A stretch of DNA of 27,492 nt from Macrostomum lignano (taxonomy: Eukaryota), in contig NIVC01004177.1 of assembly GCA_002269645.1 (NCBI GenBank), forward strand, positions 1 to 27,492, given 5' to 3'. A model generated the notes under the pieces. It did not search any database. It saw only the letters and a list, made by a program, of their open reading frames with translations, and was not told where the DNA came from. This document shows, one piece after another, positions 10,901-23,692 of this stretch. The translations under genes and the position numbers were made by a program. Numbering within the stretch: the stretch's first letter is position 1; the number at the start of each line of letters is the position of its first letter.

Positions 10901-13900
10901 AGTCAGTGTCTCTTGTACTCCAGTCAGTGTCTCTTCTACTCCAGTCAGTGTCTCTTGTACTCCAGTCAGTGACTCTTGTACTCCAGTCAGTGTATCTTGT
11001 ACTCCAGTCAGTGACTCTTGTACTCCAGTCAGTGTCTTGTACTCCAGTCAGTGTCTCTTGTACTCCAGTCAGTGTATCTTGTACTCCAGTCAGTGACTCT
11101 TGTACTCCAGTCAGTGTCTCTTGTACTCCAGTCAGTGTATCTTGTACTCCAGTCAGTGTATCTTCTACTCCAGTCAGTGTATCTTGTACTCCAGTCAGTG
11201 TATCTTGTACTCCAGTCAGTGTATCTTGTACTCCAGTCAGTGTCTCTTGTACTCCAGTCAGTGTCTCTTGTACTCCAGTCAGTGTATCTTGTACTCCAGT
11301 CAGTGTATCTTGTACTCCAGTCAGTGTCTCTTGTACTCCAGTCAGTGTCTCTTCTACTCCAGTCAGTGTCTCTTCTACTCCAGTCAGTGTCTCTTGTACT
11401 CCAGTCAGTGTCTCTTGTACTCCAGTCAGTGTATCTTGTACTCCAGTCAGTGTATCTTGTACTCCAGTCAGTGTCTCTTGTACTCCAGTCAGTGTCTCTT
11501 GTACTCCAGTCAGTGTCTCTTGTACTCCAGTCAGTGTCTCTTGTACTCCAGTCAGTGACTCTTGTACTCCAGTCAGTGTCTCTTGTACTCCAGTCAGTGT
11601 CTCTTGTACTCCAGTCAGTGTATCTTGTACTCCAGTCAGTGTCTCTTGTACTCCAGTCAGTGTCTCTTCTACTCCAGTCAGTGTCTCTTCTACTCCAGTC
11701 AGTGTCTCTTGTACTCCAGTCAGTGTCTCTTGTACTCCAGTCAGTGTCTCTTGTACTCCAGTCAGTGTCTCTTGTACTCCAGTCAGTGTCTCTTGTACTC
11801 CAGTCAGTGTCTCTTGTACTCCAGTCAGTGTCTCTTCTACTCCAGTCAGTGTCTCTTGTACTCCAGTCAGTGTCTCTTCTACTCCAGTCAGTGTCTCTTG
11901 TACTCCAGTCAGTGTCTCTTGTACTCCAGTCAGTGTCTCTTGTACTCCAGTCAGTGTCTCTTGTACTCCAGTCAGTGTCTCTTGTACTCCAGTCAGTGTC
12001 TCTTCTACTCCAGTCAGTGTCTCTTCTACTCCAGTCAGTGTCTCTTCTACTCCAGTCAGTGTCTCTTCTACTCCAGTCAGTGTCTCTTCTACTCCAGTCA
12101 GTGTCTCTTCTACTCCAGTCAGTGTCTCTTCTACTCCAGTCAGTGTCTCTTCTACTCCAGTCAGTGTCTCTTCTACTCCAGTCAGTGTCTCTTCTACTCC
12201 AGTCAGTGTCTCTTGTACTCCAGTCAGTGTCTCTTCTACTCCAGTCAGTGTCTCTTCTACTCCAGTCAGTGTCTCTTCTACTCCAGTCAGTGTCTCTTCT
12301 ACTCCAGTCAGTGTCTCTTCTACTCCAGTCAGTGTCTCTTCTACTCCAGTCAGTGTCTCTTCTACTCCAGTCAGTGTCTCTTGTACTCCAGTCAGTGTCT
12401 CTTCTACTCCAGTCAGTGTCTCTTCTACTCCAGTCAGTGTCTCTTCTACTCCAGTCAGTGTCTCTTCTACTCCAGTCAGTGTCTCTTGTACTCCAGTCAG
12501 TGTCTCTTGTACTCCAGTCAGTGTCTCTTGTACTCCAGTCAGTGTCTCTTGTACTCCAGTCAGTGTCTCTTGTACTCCAGTCAGTGTCTCTTCTACTCCA
12601 GTCAGTGTCTCTTCTACTCCAGTCAGTGTCTCTTCTACTCCAGTCAGTGTCTCTTCTACTCCAGTCAGTGTCTCTTGTACTCCAGTCAGTGTCTCTTCTA
12701 CTCCAGTCAGTGTCTCTTCTACTCCAGTCAGTGTCTCTTCTACTCCAGTCAGTGTCTCTTCTACTCCAGTCAGTGTCTCTTCTACTCCAGTCAGTGTCTC
12801 TTCTACTCCAGTCAGTGTCTCTTCTACTCCAGTCAGTGTCTCTTCTACTCCAGTCAGTGTCTCTTCTACTCCAGTCAGTGTCTCTTCTACTCCAGTCAGT
12901 GTCTCTTCTACTCCAGTCAGTGTCTCTTCTACTCCAGTCAGTGTCTCTTCTACTCCAGTCAGTGTCTCTTCTACTCCAGTCAGTGTCTCTTCTACTCCAG
13001 TCAGTGTCTCTTCTACTCCAGTCAGTGTCTCTTCTACTCCAGTCAGTGTCTCTTGTACTCCAGTCAGTGTCTCTTCTACTCCAGTCAGTGTCTCTTCTAC
13101 TCCAGTCAGTGTCTCTTCTACTCCAGTCAGTGTCTCTTCTACTCCAGTCAGTGTCTCTTCTACTCCAGTCAGTGTCTCTTCTACTCCAGTCAGTGTCTCT
13201 TCTACTCCAGTCAGTGTCTCTTCTACTCCAGTCAGTGTCTCTTCTACTCCAGTCAGTGTCTCTTCTACTCCAGTCAGTGTCTCTTCTACTCCAGTCAGTG
13301 TCTCTTCTACTCCAGTCAGTGTCTCTTCTACTCCAGTCAGTGTCTCTTCTACTCCAGTCAGTGTCTCTTCTACTCCAGTCAGTGTCTCTTCTACTCCAGT
13401 CAGTGTCTCTTGTACTCCAGTCAGTGTCTCTTCTACTCCAGTCAGTGTCTCTTGTACTCCAGTCAGTGTCTCTTCTACTCCAGTCAGTGTCTCTTGTACT
13501 CCAGTCAGTGTCTCTTCTACTCCAGTCAGTGTCTCTTCTACTCCAGTCAGTGTCTCTTGTACTCCAGTCAGTGTCTCTTCTACTCCAGTCAGTGTCTCTT
13601 GTACTCCAGTCAGTGTCTCTTCTACTCCAGTCAGTGTCTCTTGTACTCCAGTCAGTGTATCTTGTACTCCAGTCAGTGTCTCTTGTACTCCAGTCAGTGT
13701 CTCTTGTACTCCAGTCAGTGTCTCTTCTACTCCAGTCAGTGTATCTTGTACTCCAGTCAGTGTCTCTTCTACTCCAGTCAGTGTCTCTTCTACTCCAGTC
13801 AGTGTATCTTGTACTCCAGTCAGTGTCTCTTCTACTCCAGTCAGTGTATCTTGTACTCCAGTCAGTGTCTCTTGTACTCCAGTCAGTGTATCTTGTACTC

Positions 13901-16900
13901 CAGTCAGTGTCTCTTGTACTCCAGTCAGTGTATCTTGTACTCCAGTCAGTGTCTCTTGTACTCCAGTCAGTGTCTCTTGTACTCCAGTCAGTGTATCTTG
14001 TACTCCAGTCAGTGTCTCTTCTACTCCAGTCAGTGTCTCTTCTACTCCAGTCAGTGTATCTTGTACTCCAGTCAGTGTCTCTTGTACTCCAGTCAGTGTC
14101 TCTTCTACTCCAGTCAGTGTCTCTTGTACTCCAGTCAGTGTCTCTTCTACTCCAGTCAGTGTCTCTTGTACTCCAGTCAGTGACTCTTGTACTCCAGTCA
14201 GTGTATCTTGTACTCCAGTCAGTGTCTCTTGTACTCCAGTCAGTGTATCTTGTACTCCAGTCAGTGTCTTCTACTCCAGTCAGTGTATCTTGTACTCCAG
14301 TCAGTGTCTCTTGTACTCCAGTCAGTGTCTCTTGTACTCCAGTCAGTGTCTCTTGTACTCCAGTCAGTGTCTCTTCTACTCCAGTCAGTGTATCTTGTAC
14401 TCCAGTCAGTGTATCTTCTACTCCAGTCAGTGTCTCTTGTACTCCAGTCAGTGTATCTTCTACTCCAGTCAGTGTCTCTTCTACTCCAGTCAGTGTCTCT
14501 TCTACTCCAGTCAGTGTCTCTTCTACTCCAGTCAGTGTATCTTGTACTCCAGTCAGTGTCTCTTCTACTCCAGTCAGTGTCTCTTCTACTCCAGTCAGTG
14601 TCTCTTCTACTCCAGTCAGTGTCTCTTCTACTCCAGTCAGTGTCTTCTACTCCAGTCAGTGTATCTTGTACTCCAGTCAGTGTCTCTTCTACTCCAGTCA
14701 GTGACTCTTGTACTCCAGTCAGTGTCTCTTGTACTCCAGTCAGTGTATCTTGTACTCCAGTCAGTGTATCTTGTACTCCAGTCAGTGTATCTTGTACTCC
14801 AGTCAGTGTCTCTTCTACTCCAGTCAGTGTATCTTGTACTCCAGTCAGTGTCTCTTCTACTCCAGTCAGTGACTCTTGTACTCCAGTCAGTGTATCTTGT
14901 ACTCAGTCTCTTGTACTCCAGTCAGTCTCTTGTACTCCAGTCAGTGTATCTTGTACTCCAGTCAGTGTATCTTGTACTCCAGTCAGTGTATCTTGTACTC
15001 CAGTCAGTGTCTCTTGTACTCCAGTCAGTGTATCTTGTACTCCAGTCAGTGTCTCTTCTACTCCAGTCAGTGTCTCTTCTACTCCAGTCAGTGTATCTTG
15101 TACTCCAGTCAGTGTATCTTGTACTCCAGTCAGTGACTCTTCTACTCCAGTCAGTGACTCTTGTACTCCAGTCAGTGTCTCTTCTACTCCAGTCAGTGAC
15201 TCTTGTACTCCAGTCAGTGTCTCTTGTACTCCAGTCAGTGTCTCTTGTACTCCAGTCAGTGACTCTTGTACTCCAGTCAGTGTATCTTGTACTCCAGTCA
15301 GTGACTCTTGTACTCCAGTCAGTGTATCTTGTACTCCAGTCAGTGACTCTTGTACTCCAGTCAGTGTCTCTTGTACTCCAGTCAGTGTATCTTGTACTCC
15401 AGTCAGTGTCTCTTGTACTCCAGTCAGTGTATCTTGTACTCCAGTCAGTGTATCTTGTACTCCAGTCAGTGTATCTTGTACTCCAGTCAGTGTATCTTGT
15501 ACTCCAGTCAGTGACTCTTGTACTCCAGTCAGTGTCTCTTGTACTCCAGTCAGTGTATCTTGTACTCCAGTCAGTGTATCTTGTACTCCAGTCAGTGTCT
15601 CTTCTACTCCAGTCAGTGTCTCTTCTACTCCAGTCAGTGTCTCTTGTACTCCAGTCAGTGTCTCTTGTACTCCAGTCAGTGTCTCTTGTACTCCAGTCAG
15701 TGTATCTTGTACTCCAGTCAGTGTCTCTTGTACTCCAGTCAGTGTCTCTTGTACTCCAGTCAGTGTCTCTTGTACTCCAGTCAGTGTCTCTTGTACTCCA
15801 GTCAGTGTCTCTTGTACTCCAGTCAGTGACTCTTGTACTCCAGTCAGTGTATCTTGTACTCCAGTCAGTGTCTCTTGTACTCCAGTCAGTGTCTCTTGTA
15901 CTCCAGTCAGTGACTCTTGTACTCCAGTCAGTGTCTCTTGTACTCCAGTCAGTGTCTCTTGTACTCCAGTCAGTGTCTCTTGTACTCCAGTCAGTGTCTC
16001 TTCTACTCCAGTCAGTGTCTCTTGTACTCCAGTCAGTGTCTCTTGTACTCCAGTCAGTGTCTCTTCTACTCCAGTCAGTGTCTCTTCTACTCCAGTCAGT
16101 GTCTCTTCTACTCCAGTCAGTGTCTCTTCTACTCCAGTCAGTGTCTCTTCTACTCCAGTCAGTGTCTCTTCTACTCCAGTCAGTGTCTCTTCTACTCCAG
16201 TCAGTGTATCTTGTACTCCAGTCAGTGTCTCTTCTACTCCAGTCAGTGTCTCTTCTACTCCAGTCAGTGTCTCTTCTACTCCAGTCAGTGTCTCTTGTAC
16301 TCCAGTCAGTGTCTCTTCTCCAGTCAGTGTCTCTTGTACTCCAGTCAGTGTCTCTTCTACTCCAGTCAGTGTCTCTTCTACTCCAGTCAGTGTCTCTTCT
16401 ACTCCAGTCAGTGTCTCTTCTACTCCAGTCAGTGTCTCTTCTACTCCAGTCAGTGTCTCTTCTACTCCAGTCAGTGTCTCTTGTACTCCAGTCAGTGTCT
16501 CTTCTACTCCAGTCAGTGTCTCTTGTACTCCAGTCAGTGTCTCTTCTACTCCAGTCAGTGTCTCTTCTACTCCAGTCAGTGTCTTCTACTCCAGTCAGTG
16601 TCTCTTCTACTCCAGTCAGTGTCTCTTGTACTCCAGTCAGTGTCTCTTCTACTCCAGTCAGTGTCTCTTGTACTCCAGTCAGTGTCTCTTCTACTCCAGT
16701 CAGTGTCTCTTGTACTCCAGTCAGTGTCTCTTCTACTCCAGTCAGTGTCTCTTGTACTCCAGTCAGTGTCTCTTCTACTCCAGTCAGTGTCTCTTCTACT
16801 CCAGTCAGTGTCTCTTCTACTCCAGTCAGTGTCTCTTGTACTCCAGTCAGTGTATCTTGTACTCCAGTCAGTGTCTCTTGTACTCCAGTCAGTGTATCTT

Positions 16901-19012
16901 GTACTCCAGTCAGTGTCTCTTGTACTCCAGTCAGTGTATCTTGTACTCCAGTCAGTGTATCTTGTACTCCAGTCAGTGTATCTTGTACTCCAGTCAGTGT
17001 CTCTTCTACTCCAGTCAGTGTCTCTTCTACTCCAGTCAGTGTCTCTTGTACTCCAGTCAGTGTCTCTTCTACTCCAGTCAGTGTCTCTTGTACTCCAGTC
17101 AGTGTCTCTTGTACTCCAGTCAGTGTCTCTTGTACTCCAGTCAGTGTCTCTTGTACTCCAGTCAGTGTCTCTTGTACTCCAGTCAGTGTCTCTTGTACTC
17201 CAGTCAGTGTCTCTTGTACTCCAGTCAGTGTCTCTTGTACTCCAGTCAGTGTCTCTTGTACTCCAGTCAGTGTCTCTTGTACTCCAGTCAGTGTCTCTTG
17301 TACTCCAGTCAGTGTCTCTTGTACTCCAGTCAGTGTCTCTTCTACTCCAGTCAGTGTCTCTTGTACTCCAGTCAGTGTCTCTTCTACTCCAGTCAGTGTC
17401 TCTTGTACTCCAGTCAGTGTCTCTTGTACTCCAGTCAGTGTCTCTTGTACTCCAGTCAGTGTCTCTTCTACTCCAGTCAGTGTCTCTTCTACTCCAGTCA
17501 GTGTCTCTTCTACTCCAGTCAGTGTCTCTTCTACTCCAGTCAGTGTCTCTTGTACTCCAGTCAGTGTCTCTTCTACTCCAGTCAGTGTCTCTTGTACTCC
17601 AGTCAGTGTCTCTTCTACTCCAGTCAGTGTCTCTTGTACTCCAGTCAGTGTCTCTTCTACTCCAGTCAGTGTCTCTTCTACTCCAGTCAGTGTCTCTTGT
17701 ACTCCAGTCAGTGTCTCTTCTACTCCAGTCAGTGTCTCTTCTACTCCAGTCAGTGTCTCTTGTACTCCAGTCAGTGTCTCTTGTACTCCAGTCAGTGTCT
17801 CTTCTACTCCAGTCAGTGTCTCTTGTACTCCAGTCAGTGTCTCTTCTACTCCAGTCAGTGTCTCTTGTACTCCAGTCAGTGTCTCTTCTACTCCAGTCAG
17901 TGTCTCTTGTACTCCAGTCAGTGTCTCTTCTACTCCAGTCAGTGTCTCTTGTACTCCAGTCAGTGTCTCTTCTACTCCAGTCAGTGTCTCTTCTACTCCA
18001 GTCAGTGTCTCTTCTACTCCAGTCAGTGTCTCTTGTACTCCAGTCAGTGTCTCTTGTACTCCAGTCAGTGTCTCTTGTACTCCAGTCAGTGTCTCTTCTA
18101 CTCCAGTCAGTGTCTCTTGTACTCCAGTCAGTGTCTCTTCTACTCCAGTCAGTGTCTCTTGTACTCCAGTCAGTGTCTCTTGTACTCCAGTCAGTGTCTC
18201 TTGTACTCCAGTCAGTGTCTCTTGTACTCCAGTCAGTGTCTCTTCTACTCCAGTCAGTGTCTCTTCTACTCCAGTCAGTGTCTCTTCTACTCCAGTCAGT
18301 GTCTCTTGTACTCCAGTCAGTGTCTCTTCTACTCCAGTCAGTGTCTCTTCTACTCCAGTCAGTGTCTCTTCTACTCCAGTCAGTGTCTCTTCTACTCCAG
18401 TCAGTGTCTCTTCTACTCCAGTCAGTGTCTCTTCTACTCCAGTCAGTGTCTCTTCTACTCCAGTCAGTGTCTCTTCTACTCCAGTCAGTGTCTCTTCTAC
18501 TCCAGTCAGTGTCTCTTCTACTCCAGTCAGTGTCTCTTCTACTCCAGTCAGTGTCTCTTCTACTCCAGTCAGTGTCTCTTCTACTCCAGTCAGTGTCTCT
18601 TCTACTCCAGTCAGTGTCTCTTCTACTCCAGTCAGTGTCTCTTCTACTCCAGTCAGTGTCTCTTCTACTCCAGTCAGTGTCTCTTCTACTCCAGTCAGTG
18701 TCTCTTCTACTCCAGTCAGTGTCTCTTCTACTCCAGTCAGTGTCTCTTCTACTCCAGTCAGTGTCTCTTCTACTCCAGTCAGTGTCTCTTCTACTCCAGT
18801 CAGTGTCTCTTCTACTCCAGTCAGTGTCTCTTCTACTCCAGTCAGTGTCTCTTCTACTCCAGTCAGTGTCTCTTCTACTCCAGTCAGTGTCTCTTCTACT
18901 CCAGTCAGTGTCTCTTCTACTCCAGTCAGTGTCTCTTCTACTCCAGTCAGTGTCTCTTCTACTCCAGTCAGTGTCTCTTCTACTCCAGTCAGTGTCTCTT
19001 CTACTCCAGTCA

Positions 19013-22000
19013 GTGTCTCTTGTACTCCAGTCAGTGTCTCTTCTACTCCAGTCAGTGTCTCTTCTACTCCAGTCAGTGTCTCTTCTACTCCAGTCAGTGT
19101 CTCTTCTACTCCAGTCAGTGTCTCTTCTACTCCAGTCAGTGTCTCTTGTACTCCAGTCAGTGTCTCTTCTACTCCAGTCAGTGTCTCTTCTACTCCAGTC
19201 AGTGTCTCTTGTACTCCAGTCAGTGTCTCTTGTACTCCAGTCAGTGTCTCTTCTACTCCAGTCAGTGTCTCTTCTACTCCAGTCAGTGTCTCTTGTACTC
19301 CAGTCAGTGTCTCTCTACTCCAGTCAGTGTCTCTTCTACTCCAGTCAGTGTCTCTTGTACTCCAGTCAGTGTCTCTTCTACTCCAGTCAGTGTATCTTGT
19401 ACTCCAGTCAGTGTCTCTTCTACTCCAGTCAGTGTCTCTTCTACTCCAGTCAGTGTCTCTTGTACTCCAGTCAGTGTCTCTTGTACTCCAGTCAGTGTAT
19501 CTTGTACTCCAGTCAGTGTATCTTGTACTCCAGTCAGTGTCTCTTGTACTCCAGTCAGTGTCTCTTCTACTCCAGTCAGTGTCTCTTCTACTCCAGTCAG
19601 TGTCTCTTGTACTCCAGTCAGTGTCTCTTGTACTCCAGTCAGTGTCTCTTGTACTCCAGTCAGTGTATCTTGTACTCCAGTCAGTGTCTCTTGTACTCCA
19701 GTCAGTGTCTCTTGTACTCCAGTCAGTGTCTCTTCTACTCCAGTCAGTGTCTCTTGTACTCCAGTCAGTGTCTCTTCTACTCCAGTCAGTGTCTCTTGTA
19801 CTCCAGTCAGTGTATCTTGTACTCCAGTCAGTGTCTCTTGTACTCCAGTCAGTGTATCTTGTACTCCAGTCAGTGTCTCTTGTACTCCAGTCAGTGTCTC
19901 TTCTACTCCAGTCAGTGTCTCTTCTACTCCAGTCAGTGTCTCTTGTACTCCAGTCAGTGTCTCTTGTACTCCAGTCAGTGTCTCTTCTACTCCAGTCAGT
20001 GTCTCTTCTACTCCAGTCAGTGTATCTTGTACTCCAGTCAGTGTCTCTTCTACTCCAGTCAGTGTCTCTTGTACTCCAGTCAGTGTCTCTTCTACTCCAG
20101 TCAGTGTATCTTGTACTCCAGTCAGTGTCTCTTCTACTCCAGTCAGTGTCTCTTCTACTCCAGTCAGTGTCTCTTCTACTCCAGTCAGTGTCTCTTGTAC
20201 TCCAGTCAGTGTCTCTTCTACTCCAGTCAGTGTCTCTTCTACTCCAGTCAGTGTCTCTTGTACTCCAGTCAGTGTCTCTTGTACTCCAGTCAGTGTCTCT
20301 TCTACTCCAGTCAGTGTCTCTTGTACTCCAGTCAGTGTCTCTTGTACTCCAGTCAGTGTATCTTGTACTCCAGTCAGTGTCTCTTCTACTCCAGTCAGTG
20401 TCTCTTGTACTCCAGTCAGTGTCTCTTCTACTCCAGTCAGTGTCTCTTCTACTCCAGTCAGTGTCTCTTCTACTCCAGTCAGTGTCTCTTGTACTCCAGT
20501 CAGTGTCTCTTCTACTCCAGTCAGTGTCTCTTGTACTCCAGTCAGTGTCTCTTCTACTCCAGTCAGTGTCTCTTGTACTCCAGTCAGTGTCTCTTCTACT
20601 CCAGTCAGTGTCTCTTCTACTCCAGTCAGTGTCTCTTGTACTCCAGTCAGTGTCTCTTCTACTCCAGTCAGTGTCTCTTGTACTCCAGTCAGTGTCTCTT
20701 CTACTCCAGTCAGTGTCTCTTGTACTCCAGTCAGTGTCTCTTCTACTCCAGTCAGTGTATCTTGTACTCCAGTCAGTGTCTCTTCTACTCCAGTCAGTGT
20801 CTCTTGTACTCCAGTCAGTGTCTCTTCTACTCCAGTCAGTGTCTCTTGTACTCCAGTCAGTGTCTCTTCTACTCCAGTCAGTGTCTCTTGTACTCCAGTC
20901 AGTGTCTCTTCTACTCCAGTCAGTGTCTCTTCTACTCCAGTCAGTGTCTCTTCTACTCCAGTCAGTGTCTCTTGTACTCCAGTCAGTGTCTCTTGTACTC
21001 CAGTCAGTGTCTCTTGTACTCCAGTCAGTGTCTCTTCTACTCCAGTCAGTGTCTCTTGTACTCCAGTCAGTGTCTCTTCTACTCCAGTCAGTGTCTCTTG
21101 TACTCCAGTCAGTGTATCTTGTACTCCAGTCAGTGTCTCTTCTACTCCAGTCAGTGTCTCTTCTACTCCAGTCAGTGTCTCTTCTACTCCAGTCAGTGTC
21201 TCTTGTACTCCAGTCAGTGTCTCTTCTACTCCAGTCAGTGTCTCTTCTACTCCAGTCAGTGTCTCTTCTACTCCAGTCAGTGTCTCTTCTACTCCAGTCA
21301 GTGACTCTTCTACTCCAGTCAGTGTCTCTTCTACTCCAGTCAGTGTCTCTTCTACTCCAGTCAGTGTCTCTTGTACTCCAGTCAGTGTCTCTTCTACTCC
21401 AGTCAGTGTCTCTTCTACTCCAGTCAGTGTCTCTTCTACTCCAGTCAGTGTCTCTTCTACTCCAGTCAGTGTCTCTTCTACTCCAGTCAGTGTCTCTTCT
21501 ACTCCAGTCAGTGTCTCTTCTACTCCAGTCAGTGTCTCTTCTACTCCAGTCAGTGTCTCTTCTACTCCAGTCAGTGTCTCTTCTACTCCAGTCAGTGTCT
21601 CTTCTACTCCAGTCAGTGTCTCTTCTACTCCAGTCAGTGTCTCTTCTACTCCAGTCAGTGTCTCTTCTACTCCAGTCAGTGTCTCTTCTACTCCAGTCAG
21701 TGTCTCTTCTACTCCAGTCAGTGTCTCTTCTACTCCAGTCAGTGTCTCTTCTACTCCAGTCAGTGTCTCTTCTACTCCAGTCAGTGTCTCTTCTACTCCA
21801 GTCAGTGTCTCTTCTACTCCAGTCAGTGTCTCTTCTACTCCAGTCAGTGTCTCTTCTACTCCAGTCAGTGTCTCTTCTACTCCAGTCAGTGTCTCTTCTA
21901 CTCCAGTCAGTGTCTCTTGTACTCCAGTCAGTGTCTCTTCTACTCCAGTCAGTGTCTCTTGTACTCCAGTCAGTGTCTCTTCTACTCCAGTCAGTGTCTC

Positions 22001-23692
22001 TTCTACTCCAGTCAGTGTCTCTTCTACTCCAGTCAGTGTCTCTTGTACTCCAGTCAGTGTCTCTTCTACTCCAGTCAGTGTCTCTTCTACTCCAGTCAGT
22101 GTATCTTGTACTCCAGTCAGTGTCTCTTCTACTCCAGTCAGTGTCTCTTCTACTCCAGTCAGTGTCTCTTCTACTCCAGTCAGTGTCTCTTGTACTCCAG
22201 TCAGTGTCTCTTCTACTCCAGTCAGTGTCTCTTCTACTCCAGTCAGTGTCTCTTGTACTCCAGTCAGTGTCTCTTCTACTCCAGTCAGTGTATCTTGTAC
22301 TCCAGTCAGTGTCTCTTCTACTCCAGTCAGTGTCTCTTCTACTCCAGTCAGTGTCTCTTGTACTCCAGTCAGTGTCTCTTGTACTCCAGTCAGTGTATCT
22401 TCTACTCCAGTCAGTGTATCTTCTACTCCAGTCAGTGTCTCTTGTACTCCAGTCAGTGTCTCTTCTACTCCAGTCAGTGTCTCTTCTACTCCAGTCAGTG
22501 TCTCTTGTACTCCAGTCAGTGTCTTGTACTCCAGTCAGTGTCTCTTGTACTCCAGTCAGTGTATCTTGTACTCCAGTCAGTGTCTCTTGTACTCCAGTCA
22601 GTGTCTCTTGTACTCCAGTCAGTGTCTCTTCTACTCCAGTCAGTGTCTCTTGTACTCCAGTCAGTGTCTCTTCTACTCCAGTCAGTGTCTCTTGTACTCC
22701 AGTCAGTGTATCTTGTACTCCAGTCAGTGTCTCTTGTACTCCAGTCAGTGTCTCTTGTACTCCAGTCAGTGTCTCTTGTACTCCAGTCAGTGTCTCTTCT
22801 ACTCCAGTCAGTGTCTCTTCTACTCCAGTCAGTGTCTCTTGTACTCCAGTCAGTGTCTCTTGTACTCCAGTCAGTGTCTCTTCTACTCCAGTCAGTGTCT
22901 CTTCTACTCCAGTCAGTGTCTCTTGTACTCCAGTCAGTGACTCTTCTACTCCAGTCAGTGTCTCTTGTACTCCAGTCAGTGTCTCTTCTACTCCAGTCAG
23001 TGTCTCTTGTACTCCAGTCAGTGTCTCTTCTACTCCAGTCAGTGTCTCTTCTACTCCAGTCAGTGTCTCTTCTACTCCAGTCAGTGTCTCTTCTACTCCA
23101 GTCAGTGTCTCTTCTACTCCAGTCAGTGTCTCTTCTACTCCAGTCAGTGTCTCTTGTACTCCAGTCAGTGTCTCTTGTACTCCAGTCAGTGTCTCTTCTA
23201 CTCCAGTCAGTGTCTCTTGTACTCCAGTCAGTGTCTCTTGTACTCCAGTCAGTGTATCTTGTACTCCAGTCAGTGTCTCTTCTACTCCAGTCAGTGTCTC
23301 TTGTACTCCAGTCAGTGTCTCTTCTACTCCAGTCAGTGTCTCTTCTACTCCAGTCAGTGTCTCTTCTACTCCAGTCAGTGTCTCTTGTACTCCAGTCAGT
23401 GTCTCTTCTACTCCAGTCAGTGTCTCTTGTACTCCAGTCAGTGTCTCTTCTACTCCAGTCAGTGTCTCTTGTACTCCAGTCAGTGTCTCTTCTACTCCAG
23501 TCAGTGTCTCTTCTACTCCAGTCAGTGTCTCTTGTACTCCAGTCAGTGTCTCTTCTACTCCAGTCAGTGTCTCTTGTACTCCAGTCAGTGTCTCTTCTAC
23601 TCCAGTCAGTGTCTCTTGTACTCCAGTCAGTGTCTCTTCTACTCCAGTCAGTGTATCTTGTACTCCAGTCAGTGTCTCTTCTACTCCAGTCA
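19013..23692. repeat. Higher-order duplication inside the satellite: 19013-20796 and 21910-23692 (85 units each, 138-unit spacing)
   Basis: The unit-type strings align without gaps. 75 of 85 units have the same variant type, including 28 consecutive identical units (20209-20796 vs 23105-23692). Confidence 0.85.

Noticed and set aside
10885-14282. Possible ~153-unit higher-order repeat (C G C G D A followed by a 2-nt-deleted unit at 10885-11050 and 14096-14282)
   Set aside because: Only six units match and the flanking patterns do not align, so it cannot be distinguished from chance by eye.
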